DNA from: a virus
Reading direction: 5' to 3' (one strand)
Virus record (IMG/VR): IMGVR_UViG_3300045988_020923
Location: 1-56,125 of that record
DNA length: 56,125 nucleotides
In this document: positions 43,845-50,920 of the stretch, piece after piece
How the letters are laid out: each line of letters begins with the position of its first letter
Numbering within the stretch: the stretch's first letter is position 1
Notes under the pieces: generated by a model
What the model was told of the DNA's origin: nothing
What the model saw: the letters and a program-made list of their open reading frames with translations, nothing else
The model's database searches: none
Made by a program: the position numbers and the translations under genes

Positions 43845-44723
43845 CCCCCACGCAAAAATAGTGCGACAACTGAAAATGACAACAAGATGTTTTCCAAAGG
43901 TTCTTTCCCCCTACAACCCTCTATCTCCAAAGCTACACCGTTAGCCAACAGAGCAGGCCGTAAGCGAGAACTGGCGTGAGGTTCGGACTGGTGAATGGTC
44001 TACGACTATTTCACATGGAAAATTGATCTCATTTTGTAATCGGTTGAATATGTAGAAATGTTGCACATCGGCATGAGCAGTTGATTGAAAGCTGAAAGCA
44101 ACTGACCGATTGGATAGTCTTATTAGATGATTAAAAGTATTGAGGTATTTGCCGAATGGACAATCCTAGTTGATTGGTATAGTATGATTGTAGTTGTTGG
44201 TAATTAAATCGGAGAAGAACAAACCGAATCGGATGGTACGACTATTCCAGTAAAATAATAGTTAAAAAGATTGAGTAATTGTCTGCGACTATTATAATAA
44301 GTACGATAGATAAAGATTTTGAGGTAATGCGATTGGGATTAAAATTGACAGGCGTCTTGACAGTTATTGATTTTGGGAATGTCGGACGACTTAGCGACTA
44401 TCGCACCTTTCTTTCTCTAAAAGGCAAACGACTATTTCACACAAAAAATACACGACTATTTGACGATGGTTCGCAAGAAAACGCTACGACTATTACTCTA
44501 CGACTATCAGTGAGCTGCTTGCTACTATACTATATATAGGACTTTCAAAATCTAGTTGTCTGATGACTTACGACTATTCTGCGACTATTTTATTGGAGAA
44601 ACTACGACTATTGGCTACGACTATTCCGGCTGGAACGCTGCGACTATTGCTGACATCTATTGGCTATCGGGCGAAAGCCCGAAAAGAGTTGCGGCGGTAG
44701 CCGCCAATGGTTCCGCGCCGCCC

Positions 44724-44790
44724 GTGCCAGGAAGAAAGCATAATGCTAGGCTAATGCCAGGCTAACCAGGTGCCAGGCTAATGCCAGGCG
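44724..44790. repeat. Tandem 11-bp ATGCCAGGCTA-type repeats (about 5 copies)
   Basis: The run gtgccagg...atgctaggctaatgccaggctaaccaggtgccaggctaatgccaggcg. Confidence 0.7.
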
Positions 44791-45207
44791 TGGGAAACAT
44801 CAAAACCCCGCCGGGCTGGCATGGTTTGCGATGTGTTGCACCGTCTGGCATGGATCTATAACAGGGGCACACCGCTACGCCCTTATATACATTATTATAA
44901 TAGGGCGGCTGTGCTGTCCTGTATAGCGTCCGGCGTGGCGCTGGTATCTGGTATGCGCTGGAGGTGCTGCGTCGCTGTGATGTGCTCCAACGTGTCGCAC
45001 ACGGTATTATAGCCGCTTTTGTCGGTCTGGTATCGCGGGCGGTGGAATAGGGAAAATCGCAGGAAAAGCGCCTGTAAAGCCACGTGTGCCGTTTTGCGGT
45101 GTGAGCTGTATAACTGCATGAACGGAACAAAACGCGCTGTAAACGCTTGTATTGGCTGCATTGCAGCAGGGCAAAACAAAAGCCCTGCACCATTAGCAGA
45201 TGCAAGG

Positions 45208-45238
45208 CAAAAGAAAAGCCCGGTCAGTAATGACCGGG
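45208..45238 (-). terminator. Rho-independent terminator of the minus-strand small-gene operon
   Basis: The stem GCCCGGTCA/TGACCGGG with a GTAA loop; the minus strand continues with TTTTCTTTT. Confidence 0.6.
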
Positions 45239-45410
45239 TGAAATGCTTCTTATTTGGACGCTTTAAACAGCGCTGAGAAAAACCAGAAGCAAAACAAGAC
45301 ACAAGATAATATCACTTGTCGTACCCCCTCAGACCACGCTAAAACGCTTGTAAACGGTCTTTTTGCTGCATTCTGCATAAATATCCGGGTGCGCTGCCTG
45401 CAAAAGCTTG

Positions 45411-45593
45411 CTAATCGAGTCGGACACTTTGCACGTCCTTATACATCACCTTGCAGGCGCCTGCGATAACCTCCGGTGCTCCCTGCATCATAGCAATTAT
45501 TTCATCCCGCAGGCTGTTCCGCATCTGCTCCGCTTGTTCTGCAAGCCGCTTATATTCCCGATACTCGTTACACTTGCATTCTAGGTCAGTCAT
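45411..45593 (-). CDS. Hypothetical coiled-coil protein (60 aa)
   Basis: GGAGGG RBS; start 2 nt after the upstream stop. Confidence 0.45.
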   Translation of the reverse strand: MTDLECKCNEYREYKRLAEQAEQMRNSLRDEIIAMMQGAPEVIAGACKVMYKDVQSVRLD

Positions 45594-45595
45594 TT

Positions 45596-45874
45596 TTAAC
45601 CCTCCATATAAAACGCGGCGTATTTTCCCGTTTTTGCGTTTGTGCAATTATAATACTCAAATGACGCTACCACGTTGTTAAAATCGTTCCGTGCTCCTAT
45701 GTCATCGATAATAAATCGTTCCCGGCTTTTTCGGTTTGTTGTATAGGGGTATTTCGGAACAAAATTTACCTGGCAAATTGCCACCGTCAACCCGTTCACG
45801 TATGCCGCGCACGCCTGATTTTTCGGGACACGTTTCCACGTTTTTCCGTTGCTTGTAAAGCTGCGTTTTTTCAT
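45596..45874 (-). CDS. Hypothetical protein (92 aa)
   Basis: GGGAGG RBS; MKKRSFTSNGKTWKRVPK... Confidence 0.5.
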   Translation of the reverse strand: MKKRSFTSNGKTWKRVPKNQACAAYVNGLTVAICQVNFVPKYPYTTNRKSRERFIIDDIGARNDFNNVVASFEYYNCTNAKTGKYAAFYMEG

Positions 45875-45888
45875 GTTTAAGTCCTCCC

Positions 45889-45984
45889 TCAGCTGTTTAA
45901 AATAGCAATCATAACAAGTGCGCCCGAGATCATACCGCCCACATACCAGAGGGCTGCCCATTGGAAAAAATCAAGAGTGATCAT
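45889..45984 (-). CDS. Mini membrane protein (31 aa)
   Basis: GGAGG RBS; MITLDFFQWAALWYVGGMISGALVMIAILNS. Confidence 0.35.
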   Translation of the reverse strand: MITLDFFQWAALWYVGGMISGALVMIAILNS

Positions 45985-46000
45985 TTTGCTGTTCCTCCTA

Positions 46001-46234
46001 TCACATAACTTGGAACAGTGCAGAGGTGCGGGCGGTGACGGCGTACAGCTTGCCGGTGGTGTTGCCCTTGACCAGTACGCCGGTAACACCGTAAACGCCG
46101 GTACTGTATGCGATGGTATCAAACCCGCATTCCGCAACGCGGATTGCGTCAATCTCGGCGAAACGCTTTTTGGTCAAGTCCTCTGCTGCGTTGGTGGTAA
46201 CATAGCGGCGGATTTCTTTTAATGTGGTTTTCAT
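46001..46234 (-). CDS. Hypothetical protein (77 aa)
   Basis: AGGAGG RBS; MKTTLKEIRRYVTTNAAEDL... Confidence 0.5.
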   Translation of the reverse strand: MKTTLKEIRRYVTTNAAEDLTKKRFAEIDAIRVAECGFDTIAYSTGVYGVTGVLVKGNTTGKLYAVTARTSALFQVM

Positions 46235-46292
46235 GGTTTTTGTCCTCCTGTTTTGTGGTAGTGTGGTGGTGTACATCCTCTGTACATTTACT

Positions 46293-46320
46293 ATTATACA
46301 TGATTAAACGTACAAGTCAA
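46293..46320 (-). promoter_or_regulatory. Strong sigma-70-type promoter TTGACT-16-TATAAT
   Basis: The minus strand reads ctaTTGACTtgtacgtttaatcatgTATAATag. Confidence 0.6.
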
Positions 46321-46347
46321 TAGTATATTCAAGATTAAACGTACAAG
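46302..46347. repeat. Two exact 15-bp direct repeats GATTAAACGTACAAG (operator candidates)
   Basis: 46302-46316 and 46333-46347; a 13-bp match at 49433-49445. Confidence 0.7.
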
Positions 46348-46379
46348 CACATAAAAACGTTGCACACGCAACATACAAG

Positions 46380-46665
46380 CACACGCCCTCCAGCGCCGCC
46401 GTCCCGATCGCCCCGGCGCGGCCTGTCTGGTATCGAGTGCAGACCGGTGCAGCGTGTCCAGCGTCCGGGCGTGTGTGTCATGCCTTGCGTGGGTCTGCGC
46501 TGCTGCCTGTGATGTGTAGGCCGTCCGGGCGCGCTGGGGCTGGTGTCTCCACCTCTGGGGTATATAGGGAGAACCGGGGGTGGGGTGGTCGACACCTCGC
46601 GTAGAAAAAATTCAAAAAAGGCGTTTTTCGGTGTTCGTGCTGCCAATACCCACCCCACCTTCACA
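46380..46665. other. Markedly GC-rich non-coding island with long-range complementary G/C-rich arms
   Basis: GGGGGTGGGGTGG (about 46576-46588) is complementary to CCCACCCCACC (about 46649-46659), with a nested CGACACC/GGTGTTCG pairing; only low-quality ORFs present. Confidence 0.4.
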
Positions 46666-46742
46666 AACCAAAACCCATCCGATTGTGCAAGTCTCCAAAA
46701 ATTCCGAAAAATACAAAAAGACCCCTTTCGGAGCCTAGATTG

Positions 46743-46751
46743 TGGTATAAT
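46743..46751 (+). promoter_or_regulatory. Extended -10 element TGGTATAAT
   Basis: Read directly; about 40 nt upstream of the lipoprotein start. Confidence 0.45.
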
Positions 46752-46790
46752 CAGCTAAAGGCTATGTGCCAAAGAAAGGAAGAACCGAAA

Positions 46791-47249
46791 ATGAGAAAAA
46801 GAATCGTTGCGGCAGTCCTGATGGCTATCTTGGCTTGCATTATGTTGGTTGGCTGCGATAGCGGAGACTTTGCGCCTGAAATCAGCGAGGATGCTTATAA
46901 GCCGCAGTGCCGGCAGATGGATTACAAGGAACTGTTCCGCTATCCCGATAAGTACAAAGGAACTAAGGTTATGGTCAAGGTCAGGGTTGCACAGATTGTA
47001 AGCGCAAACTTTTCCGGCAGCAGGAAAGCATGGAGAGCCTACACCGATAACAGCGGATACGGATTCTATGCAGATGATGAGTATTATATGCTGGACAAGC
47101 GTGGTGGCGACGCTGTGAAGATTCTGGAAGATGATATTATCACCGTCTATGGTGAGTTTACCGGGCTTGAGAAAATCACTAGAGCGTTGACTGGCACGAC
47201 CGATGAACTCCCGCGCATAGAAGTGAAGTACGCAGACCTCGCAAAATAA
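46791..47249 (+). CDS. Lipoprotein (moron; superinfection-exclusion candidate)
   Basis: The signal peptide MRKRIVAAVLMAILACIMLVGC with a canonical LVGC lipobox; own promoter and terminator. Confidence 0.7.
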   Translation: MRKRIVAAVLMAILACIMLVGCDSGDFAPEISEDAYKPQCRQMDYKELFRYPDKYKGTKVMVKVRVAQIVSANFSGSRKAWRAYTDNSGYGFYADDEYYMLDKRGGDAVKILEDDIITVYGEFTGLEKITRALTGTTDELPRIEVKYADLAK

Positions 47250-47260
47250 TCCACAACACA

Positions 47261-47303
47261 AAAAGCCAGCGGCTAGATGTTCTCTAACCACTGGCTTTTC
47301 TTA
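47261..47303. terminator. Bidirectional terminator
   Basis: The stem AAAAGCCAGCGG/CCACTGGCTTTT between convergent genes. Confidence 0.65.
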
Positions 47304-47311
47304 TGGGCTGT

Positions 47312-47602
47312 TTACTTCACGATTTTATCGTGATAGGGATGGTACTCAACATTGGGCAAGGGCATCCAATACTTCACATCGTGCATGATGCACTTGTTGT
47401 CCCGGAGCAGAACCGGCTCGATCTCGCCGTTTTCGTCCGGTTCAAAGGAAAGCTGACCGCTATCGACAACCTTTCCGTCACAAGCGATAACAGGCTCGTG
47501 GACGCACTCGCCGTAGTCAACGGTGCGCCAGAGTTTCAGCATGGTCTCGAAAGCGTAGTTGAGGTATTCCCCCATATCCTGAATCTTATCTGCGGTAAGC
47601 AT
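47312..47602 (-). CDS. DUF551-like protein
   Basis: 96 aa; the motif DVKYWMPLPNVEY. Confidence 0.5.
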   Translation of the reverse strand: MLTADKIQDMGEYLNYAFETMLKLWRTVDYGECVHEPVIACDGKVVDSGQLSFEPDENGEIEPVLLRDNKCIMHDVKYWMPLPNVEYHPYHDKIVK

Positions 47603-47615
47603 AGTTGTTCTCCTT

Positions 47616-48350
47616 TCAAAATGCCATCTGGGTCTGGCTATTGACGTTCTGAATCATCATCACGGTGTTTGCACAAGGCCGCCACCGTTCGATGTAAGCA
47701 ACAGCATTGTCAAAATCCTTGCGAGGAACGTTGCTGATGCTGTTCACATGAAACCAGTCCTGTGCATCCTTGTTGCATTCACTGTAAACCTTGCACCGGG
47801 TGGACTTGTCAATGTATGCAGGAGAGGTCTTGCCGCCAAGTGCTTCAACCACGACACGGTTTACCGCACGGCGAAGCGCCCGCTGCTGCTCGTAATCCAC
47901 TGTCATGTTGGTTTCAAGAGCAGATATGCGCTTTTCGTGCTGCATGGAACGGTTGTCCAGAACGAAGATTGCTTGCAGTTCCTTGGATGCCCCTGCGAAT
48001 TGGTTGACTGACACATTCTTCTCAAGGTCAATCAGCTTCTGGCGAATCTCCATGCCCTCAGGTGTCCGCTGAATCATCGCAATGTGCTTCGCCATGTCCA
48101 GAGTGATAATATGGTCGGTTCTGGGCTTTCCAGCAAGCCCATCAGACCTATTGCTCAAAAATGAGCCATAGTCTTTTCCGTCAACAAAACCATACTCGCA
48201 CATACGAGGAAACCAGTCTTTGTATGCGGTCTTGATTTTGAGCCGCTCGTGCAGTTCCCGACCCAGCACAACCTTTTCGCCGGTGTCGGTGTCGTACACG
48301 GGAATAACGTCTTCGGAGAAGATTCGAATGGTTTCAAGATTATTATTCAT
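47616..48350 (-). CDS. Antirepressor (AntA/AntB N-terminal domain plus ORF6C-like C-terminal domain)
   Basis: The VVLGRELHERLKIKTAYKDWFPRMCEYGFVDGKDY pattern. Confidence 0.75.
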   Translation of the reverse strand: MNNNLETIRIFSEDVIPVYDTDTGEKVVLGRELHERLKIKTAYKDWFPRMCEYGFVDGKDYGSFLSNRSDGLAGKPRTDHIITLDMAKHIAMIQRTPEGMEIRQKLIDLEKNVSVNQFAGASKELQAIFVLDNRSMQHEKRISALETNMTVDYEQQRALRRAVNRVVVEALGGKTSPAYIDKSTRCKVYSECNKDAQDWFHVNSISNVPRKDFDNAVAYIERWRPCANTVMMIQNVNSQTQMAF

Positions 48351-48473
48351 AGAAATTTAGCCTTTCTATCTTGCGAGAGCAGGCCATCTCTGGTATAATA
48401 ACCCAAAGAGAGCCTATACTCTCTGAGTGTTTCATAAGACGTTCGCTGTGGTCGGCAAACTTTAGCGAGCGTC

Positions 48474-48647
48474 TTATTCTTTTTCATCATCAGGCATGGG
48501 GTACTTTTCAAGGTAGGCATCGCGGACGGCCTGTGACAGCGATACGCGGCACTTCTTGCAGTGCTCCACCAGCAACTCATACTGACGATCAGTAAAGCCA
48601 ACGGCTACCTGATGGCGGTATGCTTCGATGTAGGGACTTCTTGCCAT
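48474..48647 (-). CDS. Ribbon-helix-helix (CopG/Arc-like) regulator (57 aa)
   Basis: Read by hand; AAAGGAG RBS; VAVGFTDRQYELLVEHCKKCRVSLSQAVRDAYLEKY. Confidence 0.6.
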   Translation of the reverse strand: MARSPYIEAYRHQVAVGFTDRQYELLVEHCKKCRVSLSQAVRDAYLEKYPMPDDEKE

Positions 48648-48677
48648 GTTCTTATCTCCTTTCTTTAAGGTGCATTA

Positions 48678-48706
48678 AGTTTAATCGCAAAATGTGGTAA
48701 AGTCAA
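48678..48706 (-). promoter_or_regulatory. Candidate promoter TTGACT-17-TAAACT for the RHH-antirepressor operon
   Basis: Read directly on the minus strand; an ACACTA-N4-TAGTGT palindrome lies just upstream (about 48728-48743). Confidence 0.45.
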
Positions 48707-48783
48707 GCGGAAATAGACCCACGAAACACTACATTTAGTGTCCGTTCATCTTGACAAACCACTTTCTACGTTTTGCACAAAAC

Positions 48784-48942
48784 TCAGCCCTTATTTTTGG
48801 CTGCTCCCGCTTCGTACCCTGCCCGGTAGTTCAGTTCGGACAGTTTACCCAGCGCTTCTGCGTACTCCCTGTCCTCGCTGGTCGGTTCTTTGCCGTGGGC
48901 GAGGGTTTTCAGAAATTCTTCGGTTGTCGTGGGAAAGTTCAT
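48784..48942 (-). CDS. Small hypothetical protein (52 aa)
   Basis: GAAAGGAG RBS; MNFPTTTEEFLKTLAHGKEPTSEDREYAEALGKL... Confidence 0.35.
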   Translation of the reverse strand: MNFPTTTEEFLKTLAHGKEPTSEDREYAEALGKLSELNYRAGYEAGAAKNKG

Positions 48943-49205
48943 GTTTTTTGCTCCTTTCTATTGCAGAAGTCGTTTGCTTCTGCTATAATAATTGACAGAA
49001 ACCGAGACTGCGCCCTTGGTTGCGCAGCTTCTGTTTTGTGGTGGAATAGGTCATCAGTGCAACTTTGGTCGGTGGTGCTGATGGCCTATTTTTTATGCCA
49101 CAAAGGATAAATCTACCGTTGTTGGCTGATTCATCGTGTGTTCTGCTGTCTTAGATTATAGACGCTTGGTATATAGTTGTCAACAGCCCAATTTGTATAA
49201 TTTGC

Positions 49206-49251
49206 ATCAGATATTTCTGATTTTTACTCATTCTAACGTAAATTTACGTTA
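49206..49251. repeat. Two perfect palindromes upstream of the recombinase (ATCAGA-TATT-TCTGAT; TAACGTAAATTTACGTTA)
   Basis: 49206-49221 and 49234-49251, within an AT-rich 370-bp intergenic region. Confidence 0.6.
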
Positions 49252-49427
49252 TTTGATAGCACTTTCGTAAACGGATTAGTTTACCCTAGTGATAGTAACT
49301 TGAAAATTATTTTTCGATAATTCGTAAGGCTAGTATTCGAGTATACAGTTTGTAAAGCAACGAAAAAGTTTACAGCCGTTTGACCACCCTATTGATAGTA
49401 AAAAGCTAAAAATACGCAAACTTTCTC

Positions 49428-49456
49428 TTGACGATTAAACGTACATAGTGTATAAT
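49428..49456 (+). promoter_or_regulatory. Promoter TTGACG-17-TATAAT with GATTAAACGTACA in the spacer
   Basis: Read directly. Confidence 0.6.
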
Positions 49457-49482
49457 AGGGTCAAGAAAGAGAGCTGGTAAAA

Positions 49483-50229
49483 ATGAAGAATGTAGCTGCG
49501 TATGTCAGAGTTTCCACGGATGGGCAATGTGGCGAAGATAAATTCGGAATGGAAGCCCAGAAAGAGCAAATCGAAGAATACTGCCGCAAGAATGATATGA
49601 ATATCATCAAGTGGTTTACTGATGCTGGCGAATCTGGCGCAAAGGAAAGGCCGGGATTTGACAGTATCGTGTATGGCGATGTTTCCAATCCTCCGTATGA
49701 AGCGGTTGTTGTTGCAAAAAGCGATCGAGTTGCAAGAGACATCAACGTTTATTATTATTACAAGATGCTTCTGCTCAAAAAAGAGATTTCTCTTATTAGC
49801 GTTGCGGAAGATTTTGGGAAAATGGGAGTTTTTTCTACAATGCTTGAAGCGTTTACCCTTTGCTGTGCTCAAATGGAGCGTGAGAACATCACGAAAAGGA
49901 CTTCTAGTGGCAGAGCCATTAAGGCTGCAAGCGGCGGCTATAGCGGTGGTAAGGCTCCGATGGGATACGAAGTTAAGGATGGTGAACTCTCAATTAAAGA
50001 AGATGAAGCAATAATTGTTCGGCGTGCTTTTGAATTGCGTGATGCTGGCAATACAATTCGTGGCGTAGCAGACAGATTAAATGAAGAAGGTTACTGCGGC
50101 AGAAATGGAAAGCCGTTCACCTCTAGCACAATTCAATCTATCCTTGGGAACAGAAAGACTTATGAGGGCTATTACCGCTACGGAAAAAATGATGAATGGG
50201 TAAAAGGAAAGCAGGAACCTATTTTATAA
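49483..50229 (+). CDS. Serine recombinase (resolvase catalytic domain plus recombinase domain, no zinc-ribbon/coiled-coil)
   Basis: The AAYVRVSTDGQ catalytic Ser motif, VVAKSDRVARD, and a recombinase-domain pattern ending GKQEPIL; 248 aa. Confidence 0.85.
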   Translation: MKNVAAYVRVSTDGQCGEDKFGMEAQKEQIEEYCRKNDMNIIKWFTDAGESGAKERPGFDSIVYGDVSNPPYEAVVVAKSDRVARDINVYYYYKMLLLKKEISLISVAEDFGKMGVFSTMLEAFTLCCAQMERENITKRTSSGRAIKAASGGYSGGKAPMGYEVKDGELSIKEDEAIIVRRAFELRDAGNTIRGVADRLNEEGYCGRNGKPFTSSTIQSILGNRKTYEGYYRYGKNDEWVKGKQEPIL

Positions 50230-50249
50230 AAAATACGGAGGATATTTTT

Positions 50250-50438
50250 ATGATTGAAAAGAAGGTTGAAGATTCAACTGCTTGCAATGCGTTTATGAAG
50301 AACGCAACTGCTGTAATTCTTGAGTATGTGCTTGAAGTTGGAATTGATAAAGCCGTTGAAGATTGCGTTAAAGATAGTGAAATTGTTCATTGTTTTCCTC
50401 ATCTTGAATCCTACGCAAAGGAACACGGATTTATCTAA
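50250..50438 (+). CDS. Hypothetical protein
   Basis: 62 aa, ACGGAGG RBS. Confidence 0.4.
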   Translation: MIEKKVEDSTACNAFMKNATAVILEYVLEVGIDKAVEDCVKDSEIVHCFPHLESYAKEHGFI

Positions 50439-50491
50439 CCCGCCAGACATGGTATCGGATTGCTGAACAGAACAGGTGAAAGGAGCAGCTT

Positions 50492-50809
50492 ATGGACAAC
50501 TTTAATGCCATCTACAAGATTCTCAAACTGCTGGATAAGCACAAGGGCGATGAAGAATTTGACTATGAGCTTATCTCTGCAAAAGCAATGAAAATGAAGG
50601 TCTCTGACTGGGAGCAGATTATGATCGAACTGCAAATGAACGGTTTCATTCGCGGTCTGGTCTACACGCAAGATATGACGAACAAGTTCCCGCATATTGT
50701 AGAGCCGATTCACCCGCAGATTACCTTAAAAGGCATGGAGTATCTCTCCGAAAACAGCATAATGAAGAAGGTAGAAAAAGGGTTAGAAACGGTCGGGCAG
50801 TTCTTTTGA
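50492..50809 (+). CDS. YjcQ-like winged-helix protein
   Basis: The FNAIYKILKLLDKHKGDEEFDYELISAK...MIELQMNGFIRG pattern. Confidence 0.6.
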   Translation: MDNFNAIYKILKLLDKHKGDEEFDYELISAKAMKMKVSDWEQIMIELQMNGFIRGLVYTQDMTNKFPHIVEPIHPQITLKGMEYLSENSIMKKVEKGLETVGQFF

Positions 50810-50877
50810 TTGATTTTGAGAAAGAAATTTTCTAAATTCGCATTATAAAAACCGAATATTTGATTTTTGTGCAGTTG

Positions 50878-50920
50878 TAGGCACTCTTTACATTTTCAGG
50901 TAGGGGGTGCCTATTTTTTT
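50878..50920 (+). other. Hairpin plus T7 run abutting the terL start codon
   Basis: The stem TAGGCAC (50878-84) / GTGCCTA (50907-13), a 22-nt loop containing the G-rich SD, then TTTTTTT and the ATG. Confidence 0.4.

Larger units (their letters stand above)
43610..44648 (+). repeat. Array of 14 same-orientation YRCGACTATY boxes in a gene-free region
   Basis: 10-mers start at 43610, 44001, 44237, 44284, 44393, 44427, 44451, 44485, 44499, 44569, 44580, 44603, 44616 and 44639. Confidence 0.85.

Noticed and set aside
43731-43979. 82-aa Pro-rich ORF (PPFLPPLSPTTPITPYNPPNSP)
   Set aside because: The proline richness is a direct translation artefact of the phased C5 tracts. There is no RBS, and the region is better explained as non-coding repeat DNA.
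44279-44765. ORFs 44279-44539 and 44556-44765 within the CGACTAT array
   Set aside because: They have no Shine-Dalgarno sequences, and the repeated TTI/DYS/ATI tripeptides are generated by the DNA repeat. The region is AT-rich and the starts are non-canonical.
43610-44790. Possible CRISPR array
   Set aside because: The repeats are only 10-11 bp, irregularly spaced (11 to about 390 bp), and have no uniform spacers or cas genes. This is not CRISPR-like.
44762-45302. Minus-strand ORFs of 147 and 135 aa in the first GC-rich island
   Set aside because: They are mutually overlapping, Arg/Cys/Thr-rich and lack RBSs. They are most likely spurious in GC-rich DNA, although a real gene cannot be fully excluded without homology searches.
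46335-46664. 109-aa minus-strand ORF in the second GC-rich island
   Set aside because: Its Pro/Arg/Gly-rich translation, absent RBS and overlap with the predicted long-range RNA-like pairing point to a spurious ORF.
50492-50809. Calling the YjcQ-like protein the terminase small subunit
   Set aside because: Only its position supports this. Its sequence pattern matches YjcQ-type winged-helix proteins, so it is kept as an open alternative in the TerS finding.
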